From assembly GCA_951406725.2 (NCBI GenBank), contig OX597840.1, forward strand, positions 28,768,001 to 28,832,000: DNA of 64,000 nt, in the 5' to 3' direction. This document shows, in pieces, positions 1 to 11,959 of this stretch. Below the pieces are notes generated by a model that worked only from the letters and a program-made list of their open reading frames with translations, made no database searches and was not told the origin of the DNA. Origin of the DNA: Octopus vulgaris (taxonomy: Eukaryota). The position numbers and the translations under genes are program-made. Numbering within the stretch: position 1 is the first letter of the stretch; each line of letters begins with the position of its first letter.

Positions 1-345
1 TGGTAGTCATAGAATGTGAAAGTGGGTTGTGGACCATGTTTGTAATGCTGAGTGTGTGTCGTCTGTGGTAGGAGCAGGGACAGTTTTCTATGTGAAGGCC
101 TCATCAATGCAGATAAAATCATTCCAATTGATGCCTTGTATTTTCTGGAGGTATCTGCAATCAAAAACTTCCAGTTTTTTTTCTTGGTTGGTTTTCAGGT
201 ACCATCTTTCTTCTCTCTGGCACTGCCTCTCAGGAAGATTCAGCATGACACAGAATGTGACAAGGGTGGTCCTTTGAAATTACCGGTACTACTCAGGTGC
301 CATATTTCACAGCCATAAAGAAGAATGGAGTGGAACGTAGAAAGC
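1..345 (-). mobile_element. Degenerate RTE-clade LINE fragment (post-RT region)
   Basis: Minus strand reads ILLYGCEIW...KKLEVFDCRYLQKIQGINWNDF, resembling the RTE 'LLYGxETW..KLEVF.RCLRRILGI.W.D' motif; interrupted. Confidence 0.65.
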
Positions 346-369
346 TAGCAAGAAGATCAGGTAAAAACA

Positions 370-592
370 GTTGTGACCATTTGGTCACTGTGTGTGCCAC
401 CCTGAACTTGTGGCACCCAAATTAGTCTTGTGAAACTTCATGGTGATGTAAGAAGAGGAACATACCATCACACACCAACTTGATTGTAGACATTGGCCTG
501 GAATGTATCTAAGGCCTTGAGGCAGTGATGTTGGACCGGAAAGTGTGATGGGTGAACTTTATTGCTGTGGCCTGATTTGGAACTTGGCCATA
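370..592 (+). mobile_element. RTE-like LINE 3' end, copy 1
   Basis: GHCVCHPELVAPKLVL...HGDVRRG...DIGLECI; similar to 1410-1708. Confidence 0.6.
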
Positions 593-595
593 ATA

Positions 596-1210
596 TATTT
601 TTTTTTCTTTATTGCCCACAAGGGGCTAAACATAGAGGAGACAAACAAGGACAGACAAAGGGATTAAGTCAATTACATCGACCCCAGTGCGTAACTAGTA
701 CTTAATTTATCGACCCCGAAAGGATGAAAGGCAAAGTCAACCTCGGCGGAATTTGAACTAAGAACGTAACGGCAGACGAAATACCTATTTCTTTACTACC
801 CACAAGGGGCTAAACGTAGAGGAGACAAACAAGGACAGACAAATGGATTAAGACGATTATATCGACCCCAGTGCATAACTAGTACTTAATTTATCGACCC
901 CGAAAGGATGAAAGGCAAAGTCAACCTCGGCGGAATTTGAACTAAGAACGTAACGGCAGACGAAATACCTATTTCTTTACTACCCACAAGGGGCTAAACG
1001 TAGAGGAGACAAACAAGGACAGACAAATGGATTAAGACGATTATATCGACCCCAGTGCATAACTGGTACTTAATTTATCGACCCTGAAAGGATGAAAGGC
1101 AAAGTCAACCTCGGCGGAATTTGAACTAAGAACGTAACGGCAGACGAAATACCGCTAAGCATTTCGCCCGGCGCGCTAACGTGTCTGCCAGCTTGCCGCC
1201 TTTTAAAAAT
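596..1210 (-). mobile_element. SINE family B: head plus three tandem ~184-bp body units
   Basis: Head ggcggcaagctggcagacacgttagc on minus; core gcctttcatcctttcggggtcgataaattaagtac x3; 13-bp TSD cttggccataata at 583-595 and 1211-1223. Confidence 0.85.
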
Positions 1211-1409
1211 CTTGGCCATAATAATAATAAAATTGCCCCTGGTTTTATGATACAAACCTTCTGTTTTAAAATCACCGAAATCAAAATCTTGTATAAAAAT
1301 TTCATGTTTATTTATGTTCGAAGCACCAACTTAATGATAAGTTATTTTACTAAACACTTCATTAGTTTCAAGATTAATTGAAGGACAGTCATTGTATTTC
1401 TACAGCAAC

Positions 1410-1708
1410 ATATGTCAAAGAAATGCCTTTATGGAGACCTGCCAAAAGTTAATGAGAAGATTTGGCAAAGACAACTGCAACCATCTGGTCACTGTGTGCA
1501 CCACCCTGGAGGGGCAGCATCCAAAGTAGTCTTGTGGAACCCACTTCACGGTGATGTAAGGAGAGGAAAATGGCATCATACTTACATCGACACCTTGATC
1601 ACAGACATTGGCCTGGAATGTATCCAGGACCTGAAGACAGTGATATTGAACTGAAGAGTGTGGCCGGCGGACTTTGTTGCTGCGGCCCAGGTTGGAACCT
1701 GGCCATAA
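1410..1708 (+). mobile_element. RTE-like LINE 3' end, copy 2
   Basis: ORF 1412-1654 LYGDLPKVNEKIWQRQLQPSGHCVHHP...VVLWNPLHGDVRRG...YIDTL, typical RTE C-terminus. Confidence 0.65.
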
Positions 1709-1814
1709 ATGGAAAAAAATGTTGTAGTACCACATTTTAGTTTATAGAGAAATAAAGCTTCTTGCTTTACCAGAATTTACAAGACTGGTTGAATGCACCT
1801 GAAGCCTTTCCTAT

Positions 1815-2027
1815 ACTCTTTTTACTCTTTTTACTTGTTTCAGTCATTTGACTGTGGTCATGCTGGAGCACCGCCTTTAGTCGAGCAACTCGACCCTGGG
1901 ACTTATTCTTTTGTAAGCCCAGTAATTTTTCTATCGGTCTCTTTTGCCGAACCGCTAAATAACGGGGACATAAACACACCAGCATCGGTTGTCAAGCAAT
2001 GCTAGGGGGACAAACACAGACACACAA

Positions 2028-2066
<39 letters not shown>

Positions 2067-2240
2067 CATATGTATGACGGGCTTCTTTCAGTTTCCGTCT
2101 ACCAAATCCACTCACAAGGCTTTGGTTGGCCCGAGGCTATAGTAGAAGACACTTGCCCAAGGTGCCACGCAGGGGGACTGAACCCGGAACCATGTGGTTG
2201 CTAAACAAGCTACTTACCACACAGCCACTCCTGCACCTAT
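1815..2240 (-). mobile_element. SINE family A (tRNA-like head, internal (TA)/(TG) tract, aagagt tail)
   Basis: Head ggagtggctgtgtggtaagtagcttg...ccgggttcagtccc (A/B-box-like); many similar copies in the window. Confidence 0.85.
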
Positions 2241-2659
2241 TTTGCAATAAGGCTAATGGGGATCCCCAGATTGATAAAGGTGTCTAGAACATACTGGACC
2301 CAGACCTTTCCTAACCATACCTTAATATTTCCTCACCTGTGTAACAGATTGAATCAGACAAAGAACAAAGAACACCATCCATTCATTAACATTAAACTAT
2401 GTTAACTATACTCGTTATTAACAATAAATTAATTACACACAATATCAACACAGAAAAATTAATTATGCTCGACACTAAATCTAATTAAAGTTATGCTTAA
2501 CAAAGTAAAAGTTTTTGAAATACAAAATAAAAAGTTAAATAAAATCCTATGTTTGTGTGTAAAAGATAATTACACTAACAAAAAACATTTGTTAATTGAA
2601 GTAATTAAAAAAAAATACATGCATCATTTTATATCATCTACTTCAAACAGCTGTCCTAC

Positions 2660-3310
2660 ACCTTCTTCTTCTTCTTCTTCCAATTCTTCTTCTTCTTCTT
2701 CTTCTTCCAATTCTTCTTCTTCTTCTCCTTCTCATCCTCCTCCTCCTCCACCTTCTTCTTTTTCTTCTTCTTCTTCCTCTTCCCATTCTTCTTCTTCCTC
2801 TTCCAATTCTTCTTCTTCCTCTTCCAATTCTTCTTCTTTGTCTTTCTTCTTCTTCTTCTTCTTCTTCTTCTTCTTCTTCTTCTTCTCCTCCTCCTGCTCC
2901 GCCTTCTTCTCCTTCTCATTCTCCTCCTCCACCTTCTTCTTCTTCTTCTTCTTCTTCTTCTTCCTCTTCCAATTCTTCTTCTTCTTCTTCTTCTTCTTCT
3001 TCTTCTTCTTCTTCTTCCTCTTCCAATTCTTCTTCTTCTTCTTCTTCTTCTTCTTCTTCTTCTTCCAATTCTTCTTCTTCTTCTTCTTCTTCTTCTTCTT
3101 CTTCTTCTTCTTCTTCTTCTTCTTCTTCTTCTTCTTCTTCTTCTTCTTCTTCTTCTTCTTCTTCTTCCAGGCATGATCGAAATGTCTTCTTCTTCTTCTT
3201 CTTCTTCCTCCTCCTCCTCCTCCTCCTCCTTCTCCCCTTCTTCTTCTTCTTCTTCTTCTTCTTCTTCTTCTTCTTCTTCTTCTTCTTCTTCTTCCAGGCA
3301 TGATCGAAAT
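2660..3310 (+). repeat. (TTC)n/(TCC)n microsatellite with a duplicated ccaggcatgatcgaaatgt motif
   Basis: Read directly; embedded motif at ~3167 and ~3294. Confidence 0.95.
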
Positions 3311-4011
3311 GTTTGACTTAACGAAGCGATGTCATGAAGATCTACAAATATACTCTTTAAAAGATACATCAACAGATCATTAAATTAAAATGAAACTAGC
3401 AAATACACTTTTATCATTTACATAGTCCAGACCAAAGCCTGAAGCCATGCTGGAGCAACACTGTTATTCATTTTGTTTTCTTTTTTTTTTCTCTGGTTAT
3501 TAGGTTTAAATGCTTCTCAGTCAACAGATACACACATTGGCAGAAGAGAAAGTAGATAAGATAGTCACATGGACAGGCAGAGAGGTGGGCAGGCATGTAG
3601 GTTGGAAGGCAGGTGAGCCTACCAATATATCAGAAGTTATGTAAATAAAGAGATCTATTACTAGATGTACAAATAGACAGATCTCTGAACTGAAGCAAAA
3701 TGGAAAGAAATGTAAATATTCTTTATTAGTAAGTACCTCATACCGAGCTTTGTTGCTGGTTGGACAGCAAACGGAATAATTTGTTTTTGTCTTTTTAATT
3801 TTTAAAATTCCCTCACTCAATGCATGCCCGTTAATGCAATTAATTATCGTCTGCTTCATTGGAATATTTAAAAAAATAAAATAATAGACAATTACAGAAG
3901 ACATTAGCTAAAAAGAAAAAGAATAGAAAAGATATTTCGATTTTAGATTTGGTCTGCAATGTTCTAAACTTTTTAAACCCTTGGGATTTTATCTCATTCT
4001 GAAAATTTATA

Positions 4012-4049
<38 letters not shown>

Positions 4050-4050
<1 letters not shown>

Positions 4051-4750
4051 GTTTCGTTTTGGATTTGGTTTGCAAGATTCTTTATATGAGTTTGTGTGTT
4101 GAAGCATATTCTGTTATGTCTGGGGAGAGTCATTTTCTTTTTGTGCCTTATTATTTAACACACTCACCGGTAAAATTTCCACTTTTTTCTTATTTTTATT
4201 TTCCTAAAATTTTCGTTGTGTCTTGCAACCTTTTCAATAGTCTTTTCAAGAGTCAAGACTATTGAAAAGGTTGCAAGATGCAACGAAAATTTTAGGAAAA
4301 TAAAAATTAAAAAATGTGAGGTATGCTTGCCATCTCAACATGGCTAACCACTAAGGGTGGGTGTTACTGAAGCTTGTAGCCCCAGGAGAACATCGTCTCC
4401 AGCTGGCTATAGGCACACTTTCTGTGCTCTTATGGTATTTGCAAAGGAAGGTCATCCTTCCCTCGTCAACCTAAGTGATACACACGGACTGCAGTTTCTA
4501 GGTATTGACCTGTCCTCAGTGTATGACAATCACCGGTTTTTGATGAAAGGGGTCCCAATGCAAATCCTTATATCGTTTTTCCAGTAACTTTTCGTCACTG
4601 ATCTCGAAAAACTGTATGCAAGCAATAATAAATCTCTGAACGAGGCATAAAATTTTAAAAAAATAAGAAAAAAGTGAAAATTTTACCGGTGAGTGTGTTA
4701 CACTATAAGGCACAAAAAGAAAATGGCTCCCTCCAGACACAACAGAAGAG
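4050..4750. mobile_element. Penelope-like retroelement fragment with inverted terminal arrangement
   Basis: 4193-4244 is the reverse complement of 4255-4306; 4110-4197 is the reverse complement of ~4655-4746; hammerhead motif in the arms; next to (TA)n. Confidence 0.65.
4259..4295 (+). ncRNA. Minimal type I hammerhead motif, U3-A8 core variant
   Basis: cta-TTGAAAA-g-gttgca(aga)tgcaac-GAAA-at-T-T-tag. Confidence 0.55.
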
Positions 4751-5136
4751 AAAGGGTAATTTTTCCCAAAATAAACCAGTGCTACATGGAAGATGTGTCA
4801 GACTCCCCAATGATTGCATTGGAGTCACTGCAGTAAAGGTGCACCAGAAGACATGCACTTCCTAATGCCTCACATGAAGCTGACTCCAAATGACTCGAAC
4901 CATCATTTAATTTCAGGACGAGACAGGATTGGGTTGAAAGGATGCCATCTCTGAAATATTATGATGGATGTCATCGTAACTCATCACATGCTTACTGTGC
5001 CTTGCCTCATTCCTCATCTGGCCACACTGGAGCATCTGTTTACTGCTTATTGTGGATGGGATGCATTCTACTGTTTAAGAAGTTCATCTGTTGCTAGCAT
5101 CCTCTAGAAGGTGAGGGTCATGGTATGCCATGGCTA

Positions 5137-5736
5137 GGGCGGCGAGCTGGCAGAATCGTTAGCACGCCAGGCGAAATGCTTAGCAGTATTTCGTCTGCCA
5201 CTACATTCTGAGTTCAAATTCCGCCAAGGTTGATTTTGCCTTTCATCCTTACTGGGTCAATTAAATAAGTACCAGTTACACACTGGGGTCGATGTAATCG
5301 ACTTAATACCTGTGTCTGTCCTTGTTTGTCCCCTCTATGTTTAGCCCCTTGTGGGTAATAACGAAATAGGTATTTCGTCTGTCGTTACGTTCTGAGTTCA
5401 AATTCTGCCGAGGTCGATTTTGCCTGTCGTCCTTTCGGGGTCGATAAAAAAAGTACCTGTTTCACACTGGGGTCGATGTAATCGACTTAATCCGTTTGTC
5501 TGTCCTTGTTTGTCCTTTCTGTGTTTAGCCCCTTGTGGGTAGTAAAGAAATAGGTATTTCGTCTGCCGTTACGTTCTTAGTTCAAATTCTGCCGAGGTCA
5601 ACTTTGCCTTTCATCCTTTCGGGGTCAATAAATAAAGTACCTGTTTCACACTGGGGTCGATGTAATCGACTTAATCCCTATGTCTGTCCTTGTTTGTCCC
5701 CTCTATGTTTAGCCCCTTGTGGTTAATAAAGAAATA
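5137..5736 (+). mobile_element. SINE family B: head plus three tandem 184-bp units
   Basis: Unit junctions at 5369, 5553 and 5737; 15-bp TSD ggtatgccatggcta at 5122-5136 and 5737-5751. Confidence 0.85.
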
Positions 5737-5952
5737 GGTATGCCATGGCTACAGATACACAGACACACATTGAAGCTGTGTTACATACAGATTTTCTGGA
5801 TGCTGAGCAAGAATGGTGTCTGTTTACAAGACAGGATTTTTTCCATTACTTCTCTATTTAAGGAAGCAAAACCCTGGCTCAGGAAAAGACTAAAATTGCG
5901 TTTCCGGCCCCTGGAATGTCATTAGGTATTTAATGCTGTCTACCAATTAGAC

Positions 5953-6286
5953 CAGTGGTGGTTCCTAAACAAGTTTTCAGGGTGCCACCCCCTTGGCACA
6001 CACGCCACAGTGGTTCCAGACTTTTTAGTGCCACATTTCTAGTGCCCTCTCCACTCACCATCACAAGCAAAAACCACTTTCTGGATCAAATTCAAAACGA
6101 TTGTATTTCACAAATAAAACATAACCTAATTAAGCCATCATTTTGTAGTTTTTGCATCTATTGTCCCCTTTTGGCCACCCCATTATCACCTCACTTTTAT
6201 TCAACGCCTCCCCTCCCAGATCTTCCCTCCCCATGGGTGCAGTACTACCTACAGAGGGGCAGTATCGCCCACTTTGGGAACCACTG
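5953..6286. mobile_element. hAT-type MITE
   Basis: Termini cagtgg(tg)gttcctaaac / tttgggaaccactg; 8-bp TSD aattagac/aattaaac. Confidence 0.7.
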
Positions 6287-6555
6287 AATTAAACAATACT
6301 GAAGTTCCCCTTTGGCATTATATAGGTAATTGGTGATGAGTAAAAGTGATGATGTTCTTGGGGAAAACTCTTGGGATCAACAAAGAGAAAACAGGGAGTC
6401 TATTTCTGTGGGCTTTCAAGCAAAAGACTACTATGCAAAACTTAGAGAAATCCCTGGTCTGGCAGAACTAACAGTAATTCTACAGATGGGAGACTCTATC
6501 CAAGATATATAGAGCAATGTTAGTTAGTAATTTTTTGGCTCAAAAGCAAAAAGCA

Positions 6556-7138
6556 AGGCCATGTAGGGGGACATGGAGTTATGTACAGGGTGGTGTTCAT
6601 TTAAAGAGTTCAGGCCATTTCTGGTCAAGAGAGACTTTGAACCGAGCGGTCGTCGGCATCTTCACTATCTCGTCCGGCAGCTTATTCCACGGATCCCGCA
6701 ACCCGGACAGAGAAAGCCCCTCTCTTTCGATTGAGATGAAATCGTCGCAGATAGTTCTTTTCGGAGTGACCCCGCAGCCGACGCTCTGGAGCAGGAGTGA
6801 AGAACAGCTCTTTCGAGAGGTTACACTTTCCGCTTATGATGTTGTGAGGCCATGTAGGGGGACATGGAGTTATGTACAGGGATTGGTGTTCATGCAAAGA
6901 GTTCAGGCCATTTCTGGTCAAGGGAGACTTTGAACCGAGTGTTCGTCGGCATCTTCACTATCTCGTCCAGCAGCTTATTCCACGGATCTGTAACCCGGAT
7001 GGAGAAAGCCCCTCTCCTTCGATTGAGATGAAATCGTTGCAGATAGAGCTTTTCGGAGTGACCCTGCAGCCGACGCTCTGGAGCAGGAGTGAAGAACAGC
7101 TCTTTCGAGAGGTTACACTTTCCGCTTATGATGTTGTG
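6556..7138 (-). mobile_element. Two tandem ~292-bp copies of a CR1/L2-group LINE 3' end
   Basis: HNIISGKCNLSKELFFTPAPERRLRGHSEK..LRRFHLNR.RGAFS.RV..WNKL present twice (6556-6847, 6848-7138). Confidence 0.8.
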
Positions 7139-7579
7139 AACCATACTGCACACACAATGGAACCATACTGCACATGCTCCTACAATCAGAACATTACTGG
7201 ATAGATGAGTAATGTCCAGAAGCTGTTGTAGCGTGTAAGATGAATGTGGCTATTGGCCAAATCCATTGTGAGAACAGGTGCCCCCAAGGCAGTGCAGTAG
7301 TGTTCCTCTTTCAGGTGGGTATGGCAAAAGAGGATTGTGTGGTGACCAAGGCTGAAGAAAGGATTGAGGGAGATGAATTTCCTTTTTGGTCAAGCCATTG
7401 TTGTTGGTATTTTCCAGTTGTCCTTGGAAAGGAGACCGAGGGTGGCAAGGAATTTGTTAAAAGGTGGAAGTTGGCAATCAGGAAAAACAATGAAGTTCAG
7501 ATGAATACAGCTACTTATCATCATCACATCACAATCGCCACCACCACCAACACTATCATTGTTATTATCCCTACTACCT

Positions 7580-7724
7580 CATCATCATCGTTGTCACCAC
7601 TGCCACCACAATCATCATCATCATCATCATCATCGTCATTGTCATCGTCGCCGTCATCATCATCATCATCATCATCACCATCACCACGACCACCAGCATC
7701 ACCACGACCACAACCACTACCACC

Positions 7725-7755
<31 letters not shown>

Positions 7756-7815
7756 ACCTCATCATCATCATCATCATCATCATCGTCCTCGTCGTCATCA
7801 TCATCATCATCATCC

Positions 7816-7860
<45 letters not shown>

Positions 7861-7995
7861 CCATCACCATCACCATCATCAACATCATCACCACCACCAT
7901 CACCATCATCAACATCATCACCACCACCATCACCATCATCATCATCATCATCATCAACGTCATCATCATCAACGTCATCATCATCTACGTCATCG

Positions 7996-8028
<33 letters not shown>

Positions 8029-8092
8029 ACATCATCATCATCATCATCATCATCATCAACGTCATCATCATCATCATCATCATCATCATCAA

Positions 8093-8139
<47 letters not shown>

Positions 8140-8274
8140 ACAGTTGCAGCAGCAGCAGTGGCACCTGTTGCAGCTGTGTTGTTGTGTGCCGCTATTGATT
8201 TGAACTGTTGATTATCTTTGATTGACAGAGTGCCACCCCATTCACCTGTGCTAAACTGACTCTCGTTGTCATCG

Positions 8275-8327
<53 letters not shown>

Positions 8328-8328
8328 G

Positions 8329-8416
<88 letters not shown>

Positions 8417-8505
8417 TACCATCATCATCATTGCCATCATCATCATTACCATCATCCTCATCCTCATCATCATCATCATCATCGTCGTCATCATCATCAT
8501 CACCA
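7580..8505 (+). repeat. (CAT)n/(CAC)n microsatellite interrupted by a unique island at 8140-8265
   Basis: Read directly. Confidence 0.95.
8140..8265. promoter_or_regulatory. Candidate enhancer island (PBX-MEIS/PREP decamer, TCF site, E-boxes)
   Basis: TGATTGACAG 8219-8228, CTTTGAT 8216-8222, E-boxes CAGTTG, CACCTG x2, CAGCTG. Confidence 0.35.
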
Positions 8506-8903
8506 TCACTTCACAGCCATAACTTATGCTGTCCACAGAAAAAAAAGAAGACATTATTTTTATGAAAAAAATGTGCCACTTTGAAGTTCAGTGACAAATA
8601 TTCGTTTGGGTTACAGTGAGAGATATGTTGATAGACAGATAGAGAGAGAGAGAGAGAGAGGGGGAGAGAGGTGGAGAGAGAGAGAGAGAGAGGGGGAGAG
8701 GTGGAGAGATAGAGATAGAGAGAGAGAGATGGACAAAAAAAGAGTGAGAGATTACTGCAAAGATTTGTATGGTTCCTGAACATAGAGAGTAAAAATAAAT
8801 GGATTTGTGTGGGTGTGTGTGTGTGAGTGAACACACATATATCAAGAGAGAGAAAAATACAAATATATATATATATATGTCTGTGTGTATATATATGTAT
8901 GTT

Positions 8904-8960
<57 letters not shown>

Positions 8961-8985
8961 CATATATACATATATGTATGTTTGT

Positions 8986-9035
<50 letters not shown>

Positions 9036-9479
9036 CATACTATACCTATCTACCACACACACACACACACATACATACATCTCTATCTATACCTATCTAG
9101 CACATAAATATATATAAACATACACATGTAGCTAGTGTGCAGCAAAGGCAGAAAGCAATAGAGAGATAGAGAGATAGAGAGAGAGAGGGAGGAAGAAAGA
9201 GAGAGAGAGAGAGAGAAAGAGAGAAAGAGAGAGGTGAAGAGAATAAGAGATAGAAAGGAGAAGAAAGAGAGAAAGAAAGTAGATAGATATTTCTGTTACC
9301 TTACCAACTCATGCACACCACTGCTATCATCACCACCACCACCGCCACCACCACCACCACCATCACCAGAATTGTTGTCGCAGTAATAAATCTTACCTCA
9401 TCATATTGTCGTCATCATCATCATCATCATCTTCATCAACACTTCAGATCATCACATCATATAAACTATACACAAGCAT

Positions 9480-9850
9480 GTTTTCCTTTTTGTTTCTCTC
9501 CCTCCCCCCTGCGCCCTCCCCCTCCCCCCCAAATCAAATCAAACCGAATTGAATGAAAATCCCTTGAACCAGAACTTAACCATTCCCTTTTTTCGTTCCA
9601 TTCCCCAAATTTAGACAACCAGCGCCAGCACCAGCACCACCTTCATCCCCCCATCGTTTCCAATACCTGCCTTCCATACCTGCATGACACACCTGCCTTA
9701 CCTGGTTGCCTGACTCCATGTCATAAAAACATATAATATTCCCCAGCAGTGAAAGGGAAATTCCGGGTGTAATAAACTGGTCACTCTTCTCCTCCCTTAC
9801 AATTAACACTAAAAGGATTTATGGGATACTTTTGGCTTTGGACAGAAGAG
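9480..9850. promoter_or_regulatory. Candidate regulatory island or minus-strand exon
   Basis: GGGAAATTCC 9755-9764; four CAGGT(A/G) motifs on minus at 9664-9704; TTTATG motifs. Confidence 0.3.
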
Positions 9851-9852
9851 CA

Positions 9853-9854
<2 letters not shown>

Positions 9855-9886
<32 letters not shown>

Positions 9887-9935
9887 GTTATTGTTGTTAT
9901 TATTATTATTATTATAATTATTATTATTATTATTA

Positions 9936-9967
<32 letters not shown>

Positions 9968-10116
9968 GTTATTGTTATTGTTATTATTATTATTGTTATT
10001 GTTGTTATTATTATTATTATTATTATGATTATTATTATTATTATTATTATTATTATAGTATTTTATTATTATTATTATTATAGTATTTTATTATTATTAT
10101 TATTATTATTATAGTA

Positions 10117-10153
<37 letters not shown>

Positions 10154-10163
10154 GTTATTGTTA

Positions 10164-10210
<47 letters not shown>

Positions 10211-10226
10211 ATTATTATTATTGTTA

Positions 10227-10261
<35 letters not shown>

Positions 10262-10301
10262 GTTATTGTTATTGTTATTATTATTATTGTTATTGTTATT
10301 G

Positions 10302-10336
<35 letters not shown>

Positions 10337-10388
10337 GTTATTGTTATTGTTGTTATTATTATTATTATAATTATTATTATTATTATTA

Positions 10389-10420
<32 letters not shown>

Positions 10421-10469
10421 GTTATTGTTGTTATTATTATTATTATTATAATTATTATTATTATTATTA

Positions 10470-10501
<32 letters not shown>

Positions 10502-10697
10502 GTTGTTGTTGTTGTTGTTGTTATTATTATTATTATTATTGTTATTGTTATTATTATTGTTATTATTATTATTATTATTATCATTATTATTGTTGTTATT
10601 ATTATTATTATTGTTGTTGTTGTTATTGTTATTATTATTATTACTATTATTATCATTATTATTATCATTATTATTGTTGTTATTATTATTATTATTA

Positions 10698-10737
<40 letters not shown>

Positions 10738-10825
10738 CATTATTATTATTATTATCATTATTATTATTATTATTGTTATCATTATTATTATCATTATTAT
10801 TATTACTATTATTATTATTATTATT

Positions 10826-10903
<78 letters not shown>

Positions 10904-10919
10904 GTTATCATTATTATTA

Positions 10920-10974
<55 letters not shown>

Positions 10975-10995
10975 TGTTGTTGTTGTTGTTGTCAT
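9855..10995 (+). repeat. (ATT)n/(GTT)n/(ATC)n microsatellite, ~1.1 kb
   Basis: Read directly. Confidence 0.95.
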
Positions 10996-11199
10996 TACTT
11001 TATTTTTAGTGTTGTATACTATGTATAATTTCCATTTTTTAACGTATACTGTATATTCTTTTCTTTTTTTTTAATCATTCCATTATATGTAACCCCCCTC
11101 ACACTTTACGTGTGTCTTTGTTTTGTCCCCCTCATCCTTCGCCCTGGTAGCAAATAAAAGAAATCATTATTATTATTATTATTATTATTATCATCATAT

Positions 11200-11610
11200 A
11201 GGCGCAGGAGTGGCTGTGTGGTAAGTAGCTTGCTTACCAACCACATGGTTCCGGGTTCAGTTCCACTACGTGGCACCTTGGACAGGTGTCTTCTACTATA
11301 GCCTCGGGCCAACCAAAGCCTTGTGAATGGATTGGTAGACGGAAACTGAAAGAAGCCTGTCGTATATATGTATATATATATATGTGTGTGTTTGTGTGTC
11401 TGTGTTTGTCCCCCTAGCATTGCTTGACAACCGATGCTGGTGTGTTTACGTCCCTGTAACTTAGCTGTTCGGCAAAAGAGACTGATAGAATAAGTACTAG
11501 GCTTACAAAGAATAAGTCCTGGGGTCGATTTTTCTCGACTAAAGGCGGTGCTCCAGCATAGCACAGTCAATTGACTGAAACAAGTAAAAGATTAAAGAGT
11601 AAAAAGAGTA
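11200..11610 (+). mobile_element. SINE family A, full length
   Basis: ggcgcaggagtggctgtgtggtaagtagc...gactgaaacaagtaaaag. Confidence 0.85.
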
Positions 11611-11625
11611 TTATTATTACCATAT

Positions 11626-11835
11626 AAGGCAGTGAGCTGGCAGAATCGTTAGCATGCTGGGTGAAATGCTTAGCAGTATGTCGGTAGGTTCTGAGTTCAA
11701 ATTCTATTGAGGTTGATTTTTACCTTTCATCTTTTCATGGTCGATAAATTAAGAACCATTTGAACACTGGGGTTTAATGTAATCAACTTATCCCCTCTCC
11801 CAAAATGGCTGCCCTTATGGAAAAATTTGAATCCA
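11626..11835 (+). mobile_element. SINE family B-related monomer, diverged
   Basis: aaggcagtgagctggcagaatcgttagc...acctttcatcttttcatggtcgataaattaag. Confidence 0.75.
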
Positions 11836-11959
11836 TTATTATTACCCTTCTCCGCTGATGGTTACCTTCAATTCCCCTCTACCCGGAGAAATGCAACCAG
11901 TTTCAGCTGACTCCCTCCTAAGCTAACATTGGAATATCCATATTTTTGCTAGACTGCAT

